Part shown: piece by piece, positions 12,198 through 24,701 of the stretch
Numbering within the stretch: position 1 is the first letter of the stretch
Layout: each line of letters opens with the position of its first letter
Source of the DNA: Lingula anatina
Taxonomy: Eukaryota; Animalia; Brachiopoda
DNA length: 64,000 nucleotides
NCBI GenBank assembly: GCA_051362555.1
Contig: CM120643.1
Location: 17,674,848 to 17,738,847, forward strand
Direction of reading: 5' to 3'
The notes under the pieces: generated by a model
Databases searched by the model: none
Told to the model about the DNA's origin: nothing
Seen by the model: only the letters and a program-made list of their open reading frames with translations
Made by a program: the position numbers and the translations under genes

Positions 12198-13716
12198 CTT
12201 TGTTTTGTTTTTTTGTTTTCTTGTGAACATTTTGCTTTCTTGTCGCTCTGGGTGTATTCACCCAACAGCATTTAACTTCCTGGTGGACATTTAAAGGTAA
12301 CAACTTTATTTTATAGAAACAGAATCTAGAATTTATCAACTTATGTGTTGTAGGCTACGCATAAATTTTGTAGAATGCTAAAGCAAATTCGAAGCAACAG
12401 ATTTTTAAAACTATCTAAAAATCCTTACCGAAATACTTATGCTCAAGAAAATATTGGCAATGTAAACTATTTGGTCTTTATAGTAAAACCAAGAAGAAAT
12501 GCTCCTTGTTTTGTTGCTGATATAATATTGCATTCCGTTGTGGACTTCAGTTCCAGAGTACTGTTTAAAAAAATTCTGTGAATCGGATTCGTCCGAGTGT
12601 CCCTGTCCATTTGTGCAGACTTCTTTAAACCTAATATATCATGAAACTATTACATCATATCACGGTTAACTATTCCTTCTTCCTGTACAACATACAACAA
12701 AGCGCGATCGATCGCTGACTGCTCAAAGACGACCAAAGTCGCGGAAGTCGTTGCCCAGTCGCACTGCGTCAAGGCAACTGGCTGGGAAGACCTGCGATTT
12801 CACCGTTAAATTGCTCAAAAATTTCTTACTAAATTTCTGTAGTTTATACAATATTGCTATAAGTCCTGCTAAACTATTTAAAACATGTAAAACAGACAAA
12901 ATATCACTTCAAGAAATCCCCGAAACGCTACATTATTGATTCCGTCCCAGTGATTACCTCCAGTTACGTAACATTATGTAAAGTTTTTCTATTGAAGGCA
13001 TTACGGAGATACTTCCAAAATTAAGGCAAATACGTGCAATGTGCCTTATTTTTACCATTCGTGACGCCAAACAAGTCCATGTCACATATTTTACAGCTTC
13101 CCTTCCAAACTTGTACTTATAGATTTCAATCGTGATCTAACTGGCCACAGAGCCTGGTCAATAATTAGTTTATTAAGTCAAACTATAATTAATTAATTAA
13201 ATAATTAATTAAGTCAAACTATATGTCAATACAATAATAATAATAATAATAATTTCGAAAAGCACCAAAGTCATCTTTCTAGGAACGTTTCCTGAAGGCT
13301 TATCAAATAAAACCTCGTGTACATCATGAACTTCAGCGTTGATGTTTTGGGGCTGGCACTGCGTCAGATAAAATACGGCATCTGGGCAGTCGATATAAGA
13401 GATAAATATTCAGGGCGTTTTTTTTCTCAGTGAGAAGGAAAAAAGTTTTCATTCGAACCCTTCAAATTCTGGTTAATTGTTTCACTAAATCTATTAATTT
13501 TGTTTGATAACTATGTGAGGAAAGTTGTGATGTTCGTAGGGTCGGTGGCTCTCACAGCTAAGTCAACAACATATCAGCCTCGTCGTGAACAGTGAAGCAA
13601 AACGTCGCGGAACCGTTGCGTCTTCTGAAAAGCATTGTGACGTCATAAGTGCTATGACGTCGATACTTCCGTAGTTACAAAGTCAACATGGAAATGCGCG
13701 GATATATATTTCCACT

Positions 13717-16700
13717 ATGTCGATATTACGGTTAATAACTTTACTAATTTTTTGTTTTGCTTGTGTTTCAATAGTATATTTTCTCCAGGATGATTACAGG
13801 TACGTACATATTATATTTAGATTGTCTTCATCACCTAAACAAATGAAAACTAACAGTGTAATCTTTCGCTCTTTTCGACTACCTGAATCTCTGCATCACA
13901 ATCTGCATGAATACTTCCCGTAGAGAGTTTTTATAAAATTTGTTGTTCTGAATTCTTGTGAACGATTAGACACCAATTTGTTCGTAATTCATACATGTCT
14001 ATGCATCATTATATATAAGGAACACCGAACATCGAGACCTGGAGATCAACATTAACATCTCTTTTGGAGCTAGCGGGGATAGCGGTCAAAAAGAGTACCT
14101 GAATCAAGTACATCTAACAGAACCAAGAAATGACCGCCCATGGTTTACAAGAACAACAACGAGAAGGAGGACCGGTGTTGGTAAACCACAATTTAGCACA
14201 GATTTCGATAGAGAAATAAACGGAATTGCACCACCTACACTGGAGGAAACTGCCAAAACTGGAAACACGTCTAGCAGTGGTGAGACTTCTTTTTATTGAA
14301 ATTATTCATTTTGAACGTGCTTTAATATGATTTTAGATTTGAGCTGTATTAACATGGTATATTTTATTTAAAACCCCTAAAATTGCTAAAAAAAAAAAAA
14401 AAAAAAAAAGTAAAACGTCATATGATATCACACAGTATGCCCAAAAAATCAGATCCGAAATTTAACACTTTTGGATACATATTTGAAACAATTATAATGA
14501 TTAACTTCAAATACGTGATTGAAATGCGTTTTAGTGCATACATTAGCGACAATTGAACGCAGATTTTATTTACAAGTTGGCAATCACCTTATAAATAAAA
14601 TACGTCATATGTTCCTTTTCAGACCGAGTGTGGAATGCCTCATACTTGAAGTCTGCAGCTTTCTCGGTCTATGGCCGTGCCCTTCAATTCGTCAGCGACG
14701 TTAAAGACAAGAGCCAAAATCACTTTGGTATTTGGACACACAACTTTTATGGACTGCTCATGGACTACTGTGACAAAGTTCAGGCGACATCAGCAGGAAT
14801 AGGTAAGATCCGGTTGTGACACTAATACGATCGTAACTCTACTCCGTCGTGTTTCAAAGTGGTTTTTCTTTAAAATTTAGAAAATGTGTGTGTGTTATAA
14901 GATTTTCAGCCATTGCCTATTTGAATTAGCAAATTACAGCATGTCAGTGTCGATCTAAGGCTTATTCAGTTTAATTCGGAAAATGACATGGAATATATAC
15001 TCTTGTTTTAGTAAATGCCCTTGCAGAGGCTGCTGAAAACAGCAAGAACTCTGCAGAAGAAGTCTTCGGGTCATTCAAGGACAGTATTGTAGAACACATT
15101 GATAATGGCATCGCTCGAGTGCGCCTCTACTTCGTTCCTGAGTCTCCCGTAGAACGAAAGTGTAAGGGACATTCCAACTGGTACGCAAAGAGCGCGTGCA
15201 CACTTTTGTTCCAAGCTGCTGAATACCCTCCACAGCTTGTCTCCACTCTGGCGGAAGGATACGACAGATTTTTCGAAGTGGCCACAAGGTTCTTCGTACG
15301 TGAGACGTACAAAGATAAGGTCTGCAAAGGTTACGACACCGTGCCGTTCCTTCGGAAGGTATGCGAGACAGGGTTTGATGTGGCGTCAATGGCGAATGAT
15401 ATCCTAGAAAATGTCCAAGAGTTCCTCGGCAAATGTATTGCACAGCCAACTTCAGACTTTGCCCAGAAAGTATTCACATCTATAACAGACGGTGCATGGA
15501 AAGCTGCCGAGGGGTTTTCAAGAGCCTGTCACAATGGGATGCACCTGGGAAATAGAATTACAACTTACATTTATCAAACCTTGGACATCGAAGCGGCTAA
15601 AGGTGGGCAAAATGTAAACTTGTCTTTTGTTTTCTCTGAGTTAGCAGTATAAGAACAGTTGATAGCAGCAATAATTGGCAATTCAGGTTAAAGTTATTAT
15701 CCAGTAAAACTCACGTCATCAGAAATGTTTTATGATTTTGATCACTTGGATACTTTCAAGCTAAACTCGGCAGCTATTTTCACTTCAATATTTCAGTGTC
15801 TACCAAGTGTTCAGCTGCTCTTTTTTTTCTTTAACTATTACCATACTTTTGAAAACATAACACAGCTTATGACATTCGGTGCTGGATTGTCCTGTTCTGT
15901 TTTCCAGCTCTTCTGTATTCTGTGTTAAAGAAGGCTGCGTACAAAGTCCATGACGTCTACGTACGTCTTCCCCGCTTCAATGGTGATCCCATACATGATG
16001 GGCTGGTGGTTGTAGCCTGGGTGGTGTGTGCCCTAGCCCAGGGGTTGGTGGTCTACTGGGCCAAGAGGAAGATCAGTCAAGGTAAAATATCTTGCCTTGT
16101 TACAAGTATGTATTATGATAAATATTTCCAGGCCTTACCATTGCCTCTGTCTCATTAATCAACAAAGGAAATGGAAATTTTATTTTGTTTCGTTTATTAT
16201 TTACACAAGAGTGAAAAATTTACACAAGAGTGAAAAATACTTAAACCTTTTAATCGAATCATGAAAGTGGCCTAATATCTGTCCTTTTTACTGCATTAAT
16301 TTCATCTTATTTTATCTTATTTTATTTTTATCTTTGTAGATAATAACATAAGAAGGGCCCGTCAAATGCGACTTCGTTTCTCCCATCCCATATCATCAGA
16401 GGATTACTATGACAGGATTGCGAGACTAATTAGAGAGGAGGATGGAAAAGATGATACAGAATGCGAGGACGCCGAACACGTTGATGAGATCGAGAGCTTT
16501 CAACACGTAGAATCCACCTCTGGTGTTACTGACAACGAGGTCAAGAACACAACCAGTCCAGCCGACGACTTTGCCAACGATTCCGGGGTGTGGGCAGACA
16601 TGTCTCTTGAACACATCGTGAAGGGAGTGGAAGAGAAACCAACGGTACCAGCGCCCTCTGCAGTTCAGCCAATGGCAGTGGAAGAGGAACGGGTCCACGC

Positions 16701-17552
16701 CAATCCTAAACCAGAGGTTAACGCACAGCTTCTGGTCCTGAAAGATGACACAACCATTGAGAACAGAGAGCACGCGCAACCTGCTGAGGACACGTATAAC
16801 CAAGAACGATGTGCCTCTGGAACAACCTGTGAACAGAAGCTAGCAAGCCCTAATAAGGATGCATGCAAGGACGGGAAAGGAGGACTGAACGTTTCAAGGT
16901 CCGATGCGGTTGCTCTAGCTCCAGAGAGCGAACCCGAGCCAGCTGCTGCATCTTACATGGATAAGAACAACAATGACACAGAAAGTTACGACAAAGAACG
17001 ACTCATTGAGACGGGTTTAGAGGTAAATTTTACGTCTTGTTAGCTTGATCGGACTTGTGAGTTCGAGGCCCGGAATGTTTTATTTTGTCTATTTTTCTCC
17101 ATCTAAAACTATAAATATTGCTTATCATGTTAATATTTTACTGAAACATTTACGATTAAATAGGTGCCTTATTTTTGTCTATGATTCTCATCTTAGCTTA
17201 CGATTGACTAAAAAGGCATCTTTATCGATGATCTCTAGTTGTACCTGACATTATAAGGTATAAATACTAAAATAATTTTTGATTAAAAAGAGACCCTTTA
17301 TTTTACTGAAAATAGTTTCAGGGAAGTGAAGAGCTCACTTTGTGCAGTGTCCCTGATGTCAACATGGACGACGCTCGCAGAAAGTTGATAATCTCCGAGG
17401 CATTGAAGCGAATTGATTCGTGGGACCTCCCGCCCCGTCAGGCTACCGAGTCCAGCGAATCCAGTCACTGGACCAACGTCTATTTTCGCAAAATCGGCCG
17501 TGCCGCCTGGATTGTGCTGAAATACATTTTAGAACACCCAGAGCTTTTCTAA
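13717..17552 (+). CDS. Copy 3: uncharacterised ~733-aa single-pass membrane protein (7 exons)
   Basis: Exons 13717-13799, 14020-14279, 14623-14802, 15012-15602, 15908-16081, 16340-17022, 17322-17552. Splice sites intact, frame open, same exon lengths as copy 2. Confidence 0.85.
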
Positions 17553-18518
17553 CTTTGTTTTGTTTTTTGTTTTCTTGTGAACATTTTGCTTTCTTGTCGC
17601 TCTGGGTGTATTCACCGAACAGCATTTAACTTCCTGGTGGACGATGGTTCATGGATACTTATACTTATTTTGTTTACTGAGCTTGTAAAGAAAAACTCAC
17701 CAGACGCAACTTTGTCTATAAAAAGAATAAAATCATTACAATGGCAGTCATTTAAAGGTAACAACTTTATTTTATAGAAATAGCATCTAGAATTTATCAA
17801 CTTATGTGTTGTAGGCTACGCATAAATTTTGTAGAATGCTAAAGTAAATTCGAAGCAACAGATTTTTAAAACTATCTAAAAATTAATCCTTACCAAAATA
17901 CTAATGCCCAAGAAAATATTGGCAATGTAAACTATTTGGTCTTTACAGTAAAACCAAGAAGAAATGCTCCTTGTTTTGTGTTTGATATAATATTGCATTC
18001 CGTTGTGGACTTCAGTTCCAGAGCACTGTTTAAAACAATTCTGTGAATCGGATTCGTCCGAGTGTCCCTGTCCATTTGTGCAGACTTCTTTAAACCCAAT
18101 ATATCGTGAAACTATTACATCATATCACGGTTAACTATTCCTTCTTCCTGTACAACATACAACAAAGCGCGATCGATCGCTGACTGCTCAAAGACGAGCA
18201 AAGTCGCGGAAGTCGTTGCCCAGTCGCACTGCGTCAAGGCAACTGGCTGGGAAAACCTGCGATTTCACCGTTAAATTGCTCAAAAATTTCTTACTAAATT
18301 TCTGTAGTTTATACGATATTGCTATAAGTCCTGCTAAACTATTAATAACATGTAAAACAGACAAAATATCACTTCAAGAAATCCCCAAAACGGTACATTA
18401 TTGATTCCGTCCCAGTGATTACGTCCAGCTGATCTAGTTTTTCTATTAAAGGCATTACGGGGATACTTTCAAAATTAAGGCAAATACGTGCCTAATGCCC
18501 CTGTCTCTCCCCCCTCCA

Positions 18519-18520
18519 AC

Positions 18521-18561
<41 letters not shown>
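18519..18561. repeat. (CA)n microsatellite
   Basis: CA run just beyond the end of the triplication. Confidence 0.95.
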
Positions 18562-18566
<5 letters not shown>

Positions 18567-19331
18567 CAGTCCCATAAAGACTCATCAAACCCCGCATCTG
18601 ATATTTCATAATATTGAGACCAGCCTTTCTTGTAAAAAGCGCCATCTATAATCACATCCCGTAGGTTGTGTCCACAAATTACAATGTGTGTGCACCGGTG
18701 CAGTACGTAAAGTACAATCTGTTATCATGCAAGGGCAAATTAAGGTGTGGTTTAAATATTAATATTTTGAGTTTTGTAAGTAATTACTATCAGATATTCT
18801 GTTTCTAATAAGAGTATGCAATGCTGCTTCAAATAAGGTGCATATATCATCTTGACTACTAGCTGTGATTTCTCCCAGTTTCCAATTCTGCATGAATAGT
18901 AGCACTGCCAGATAGTTGAATTACGTGTTCCATATGCACTAAAGACACGCCAGAACAGTGAATATTATATATATATGCAGTAGCTCTAAAGTACGGCAAC
19001 CCACAATATTTCCACGGGGTCTAAATTCAAGGCTTGAGTCGAGAAAGGGGAATTGGAAGAGGGGGGGGGGGGGGGGGGGGGTTAAGCTCTGTTGTGAAGT
19101 TTTTTCACTTGTGCCAGATACGGGTTTTGGCCTTGTGTCTGGTGATGTGTTTCTCTTGCAAGTTATAATGATAATTATAATTTCACTAGATCCCACCCCT
19201 CAAATATATTTAGAATATTTTATCACACAATTCTAATAATAAAGCATCACACAGTTTTGCAGTATATAAAATTTTACTTTCAGTGATGTTATATGTGAAG
19301 AAAGCAAAAGGTTCTTGAGACACATATTAAA

Positions 19332-21172
19332 ATGAAAGCAATAGGAGAGAGACTGCAGACTGTGAAAGTCAAAGGCGTGGCAACCTTAGGGCTCTGTTTA
19401 TTGATAGCCTTTCTGCTACGACCCCAGGATAGTTATAAGCTTCAGCCGTCTTGGGTAAAAGAAAGGTCGGAATCAGAGACACAAGAAGATTTTGATGCTT
19501 ATAATATAGATATACAGCTTCCGCCCCCTGTGATAACAGACCTTGAAAGTGATGGAGTCAATGAAGTGGTTTTGATTCTTCACAACAGTGGGGGCCAGTT
19601 TAACTTGGAGATTCTTGCAACGCCTGAAACCCCAGTGGCCAGCGTTCAGCAGACTCTCCCACATGTGGAGGTGAGAAAAGAGGTAGTGATGCCAATCGGG
19701 AAGCGAAAACACCAGAAATTTGATCAAATAAGTGTTCCTGTTGCCATGGCAACTGGATACCTGGAGGAGTATCAGTCCATGGTCCAAGTAAGAAAACAGG
19801 TAAGTTAAAATATCATATTAAATAAAAAAAATTGAATTTGAATTTTATGTAAGGTTTTATTTATGACGTATAATGCAGTAATGTGTAAAACGTACATGTG
19901 CTGTACATGTTGAGACATCTTGCAAAATAACAAATTTCCTTAATTTTAATATGTTTAGGTGATCGTCATAGTAACCAGTGACTGGCGTGTACTGTGTTAC
20001 GATCATGACCTCAATCTATCTTGGCAAAAGCAATTAATAAACACACACGGCACCAGGGGGCGCTACCATCTGAAAGCCATGGGGGCGCTAGTGCTACCAC
20101 TTCAGCTGAAGAAGAACGACAAGGGAGTTATTATTGTGGGTGGATCTTATGAACATGCAACGCACGATGCTGAGGAATTAAGGTTTGTGGCTAGTTATGG
20201 AGATCACTAGAAACTATATTTTATTCACATGCCTATGCTGTTTCCTGTTCCCTGAAACTTGAGGAGGCCATGGTAGATTTTCTGTGCAGTATTTAAAAAA
20301 ACTTGTGAATCCCTTCACCAAAACAAACATGTATAGTGTCTCTTCCTTACTCATGCCTTTCAGAAGATTCTCAAAGGTGCAATGTAATTGTTAAAATATT
20401 GCTCAGAGACATTCATTTAGTGCAATTTAATTTTTATGAAATTGAAAAAAGTCTTAGTAACTCCACATAATTTTCAGTGGCAGAGATAAAATGCCCAATT
20501 TATCTTCAGTTTAGTACAGTGGTGGATAGACAAACCCTCCCTTTACCGTAGGAGGTACCCCCTTCCCCCCCCCCCCCCCCCCCCACACACAAATTTGGTA
20601 TAACAAGCACAACAAGACAAAACCAAGCAATTTTTTCTTCCGTGTGCCTTAGACATCACCATGAAATCCACTCTCCACATCTCTTTGGTATAATTGTCAT
20701 TTTGCTTTTACAGATCTGGCAACATGAAGCACCGTCCACCCAAGTTAAACACAGGCACTAATGATGATGACGACGATGACAAAGTACTTCTCACCGAGAG
20801 AGACAACTTCACCCATTTCTCCACATTTGCTCTCAGTGGTCGAAATGGATCCATCCTGTGGCACCACCTCCCTTCCGAGTTTGATGAAAAGATAGAACTA
20901 CAAAAGGTGTCGCCACAGTATTTTTCTACAGTTAACATAGTTAACTTCTGTTCTGCTGAAAAAGGCTAATAATGCATTATATTAATACCATAAGAAACTA
21001 ATTGTGAACTATGATAATACACGCATTAAAAAGGGAAGGTTACATTGACAATTAAAAAATTATAATTTTAGTTTATAAAGTAGCCTCTACCTATGATTTC
21101 AGAATCTTCTTATACTTGCATGTAGTTGAATTTTCAACACACTTTTAAAAAATGTGTTTTGTAATGTGATAA

Positions 21173-21206
<34 letters not shown>

Positions 21207-22189
21207 AGAAATAGAAATTTACCGTCAAAATATAATTTCTTCCAGAGCATGTTTGATGCCCACCATTGGAAGTTAGGCCTGAAGAAGGGGCACATGCACA
21301 CTGGAGAGGTGCCCTGGAATAATTACCACAGAGATATAGTCAGACAGTTGGTGGGTATCAGCTCTGCTCCATTAAAGACCTTGAGCCAGTTTGCACAGAG
21401 AAATATGTTTTTGAATAAGTTAGACACGTAGGTCATGCATATGGCTTAGGGGGTGTTGGAGGCTGTAAATTTCTGCAAAATTGCATTTTAAAAAGGGAAA
21501 TTGATAAGCCCAACAATATTTTCATTTAATTTACTGAACTCCCAGATGAACTGGAATTTGTGATGTGCTTGTAATTTTGAGAATTTCATTACTGGCATTT
21601 TATGCCCTCCCTCCCTCCCCCCCTCCGTTTTTACATACTTCATTGAAATAACTTCTAAATTATACTGAATTTTTTATCCACCCCTTTCTGTTGTTTCAGC
21701 CTTACAAATGGAAAGAGGCCTCTGACACAAAAATCACAGTGGCGCGTTTCAGTCGCCATGCACAGGACGACCCATCCCAAAATGAGGGTGACCTTTTTTC
21801 TCACATCGTCAGTGGCATTGGTGACGAGCATCTAAAGGGGTATGCTTATGGTGGACAGAGGCCTCACTCTGACACTGAGCACGTGAAAGACCCCAATGTC
21901 ATAGTGACGCACAACCATGAGGGGCTTGAGGTGCTGAATATGTTGTCTGGGCAACCGCTTACAAGGTACTGGTACCATGGGCTCAACAGGGTGAAGATTA
22001 TTTACCTAGGCCATCATTAACTTGCCACTAATATTATTATTATTATTATTTTTTTTTTTTTTAATTTTTTAAATATGTACTTATTTAAATTTTATAATTT
22101 TTTAAATATGTACTTATTTATTTATTTTGGTTCATAAATTGTGTTTTGTGCCTTTGCTTTTATATTAGGTGCAGATGGTAAGATTTCAC

Positions 22190-22242
<53 letters not shown>

Positions 22243-24701
22243 CCTCAGGTGGCACGTTCTAGCAGATAGCTACCAGGGCATCTTTGGAGACATGGATGAT
22301 GACGGACTGGTGGAACACATATATGTACAGTACTCTGAACTGGAAGACAGAGAGATCAAGGACTGCCATGTTGTGGCTGAAACTGTTTTTCCTGTAAAAA
22401 AGATATTATTCAAGCGAGACCTGTGTACAAGTCCCTCCAGCACGTGGCTTGGAATGCTGGGAGTTAATGAGGCCAGAGCCTCGGAAGATGTGGAGAGAGA
22501 TGTACACCCCATGTTGGTGAAGAGGCAAGTGTTATAGTGGTGTACTGAAGTTTTGATTCAAAAGGAAATTAAAGTAGAGTTGATGAAAGAAACTAAGGCC
22601 CTATTTCAATAGACACAATAGCCTAGGTCTATGTAGATTGATCCAATTCTGAGGGGACTCTTGCTGAGTGCAATCAGCCTATTTGAATGACACTCCTCCG
22701 AGAATACAGAAAAGCTGGTGATAATATGTTTATGTTGGAAACAAGTGAGGGTGTGTCATTCGGTTAAGCTGATTGCACTCAGTGAGAGTCCTTGCAGAGT
22801 TGTATTGATCTATATAGACTGATGGTGTTTATGGGAATGGGGTTTAAGTGGAGTGGTTGGGTAGGGTGAAGGTGGTGGGGGGGGGGAGGGCTCAGCTCAG
22901 GATGAGGTTACACTGCAACCCCTCCATATATTCTCATTCCCTGAATAAATCATCTTGATGGGACTCTGAAATATTGGCTTGAAAGTACCGTTATCTCTAG
23001 GTTTAACTGTTGTTTAAAGAAACTATTTTAGTGAAATTGAGTGCGTGATAAAGGCAATGAAATACTTAATTGACTCTGAATTGATTATAAGACTCCCTGA
23101 AGGTCAAGTCAGATTTTTAAATTGTTATTTGCCTTCCACTGAAAAAGTTGCATTTTCCATTAAGTTATAACTTATCAGTTTGACGCAATTTCCCTGACCT
23201 TTTCAGCATTGCACGGCGACGAGGTATCATTCCACACCTCACAGGTGCTACATTAAAAACAAAACATAAAGGCCATGATGCCATCTTTCTCCTTAGTAAT
23301 GGTCGTGTCACTTCTTATGGACCAAGTGGAGAATTGCACTGGCAGGTAAAAGAAAATAGCTGCTGTGTGCCTAGAAAGTTTTTTCTTTTTTTTTATTGTA
23401 AGTTATCATGTTTTTATTTATTACTTTGATTTTTCTATGTATTTTGCACTTCCAGACACATATTATCTCATATATACTAAGTAACCAGTTACTCAAGGCA
23501 TGAAAAAATACTACAAAAAATGGTAATTATTAGCAAGTGTAAAGATTTATATCTTAAGCAACCACAAAACATTATTTTCAAGCTCCCAATAAATAAGTAT
23601 ATTTCCAAAAATTATTCTTGGACATCTTTTTATTATTTAGGTTCAGACTCCTGCCAAGTGGAACCACATGACTCTGTTCTATAATACCTATCCTGATCAT
23701 AAACTCTCTATCTCCTATGCTCAGGAGTTTATGCCCAGTATGAAGGCAATGTCATTTCAGGTATATGGACCACAGGTGAGTGGAGGTTCAATGTTACAAT
23801 CACTTATTATTCTTAAAATTGATTGCTTTATTTTATTATTAGAATATAAGGGTCATTTTTGTATATTTATTATTTTTGTTATATATATTGCAGTCTTAGA
23901 ATAAAAACATTGCCAAAGTAAAAAACCATGTTCATCCAGATGTACGTTTTCCATTTTACTGTTGCAGCACTATTAGTATAATCATGAGATGTGTTATTCT
24001 CCATCGAATTTTTATTATTCAAAGAAACTTTTTCTTTCATATGTAATGCTAGTTTTAATTGAACAAACCCATCCAGTTGCAGGGGGTTTTTTTGTTAATT
24101 TAATATTTAGAAAAAAATTTGTCAATGATTAATTACCACTGCCTCTATTTTCCAGGAAGCTGCTGTGGTAGCAGGATGGGATCATCTTGCTCTTGTAGAT
24201 CTAAAGGAGGGAAATGTGCTTGGGGAGCATTCATTACCCTGCCTACCTATGGTGCCGGTAGTTACTGGGGACTTTGATAATGATGGCTGGACAGATGTTA
24301 TAGTGATATGTAACGAAGGGTGAGTGTTTATCTTATGAAAGCCACAGACTTTTCATTTACTTATCTTTGAAAAAATTCTCCATTCTGATTTGGGGAATTT
24401 TTTATTGGCAGGCTGATACGAGTGTGACTTTGAATCAAGGGTAATCCATTACACAAATGAAATCACATAAGTCAGAAACATTCAAACACTTTATTCATTG
24501 ATTACCCACGGTATCAACTGCTACTCTAATAAATTGCACTATTTGAATTTCAGCTACTTTGGCTTTTCAATACAGCGGGCTCCAAACAGGTGGTCCACTT
24601 TCCTGGCTGGCTTTGCCTTTATCTGTGGTGTCATGCTGATCATGGATATCTTGCTACAGAAGTCAAAGAGCTCAGAGCAAGATGCTCCCTCAACCATCTA
24701 A
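19332..24701 (+). CDS. FG-GAP repeat / beta-propeller membrane protein, NERD1 (At3g51050)-like, ~705 aa, 10 exons
   Basis: Exons 19332-19799, 19959-20182, 20714-20906, 21246-21350, 21700-21965, 22249-22524, 23207-23345, 23641-23775, 24156-24319, 24554-24701 (2118 nt, in frame). Ca-binding blade motifs LPPPVITDLESDGVNEVV, FGDMDDDGLVE and TGDFDNDGWTDVIV; N-terminal hydrophobic segment and C-terminal TM. Confidence 0.85.
22189..22241. repeat. (TAT)n microsatellite at a splice acceptor
   Basis: TAT run ending just before TCCCTCAG; it produces the artefactual poly-Tyr in the ORF track. Confidence 0.95.
22597..22844. mobile_element. Degenerate fold-back MITE, Harbinger-like (TAA TSD)
   Basis: Long imperfect inverted repeat (e.g. 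CTGAGTGCAATCAGC / GCTGATTGCACTCAG; GAATGACAC / GTGTCATTC) flanked by TAA at 22594-22596 and 22845-22847. Confidence 0.7.

Larger units (their letters stand above)
2046..18490 (+). repeat. Tandem segmental triplication, unit ~5.4 kb (approx. 2046-7612, 7613-13043, 13044-18490)
   Basis: Near-identical sequence recurs, e.g. ATG TCG ATA TTA at 3080, 8286 and 13717. TTTTACCATTCGTGA marks the unit starts and similarity ends after TTAAGGCAAATACGTGC at ~18490. Unit 1 has an extra ~420 bp at ~2162-2585. Confidence 0.97.
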
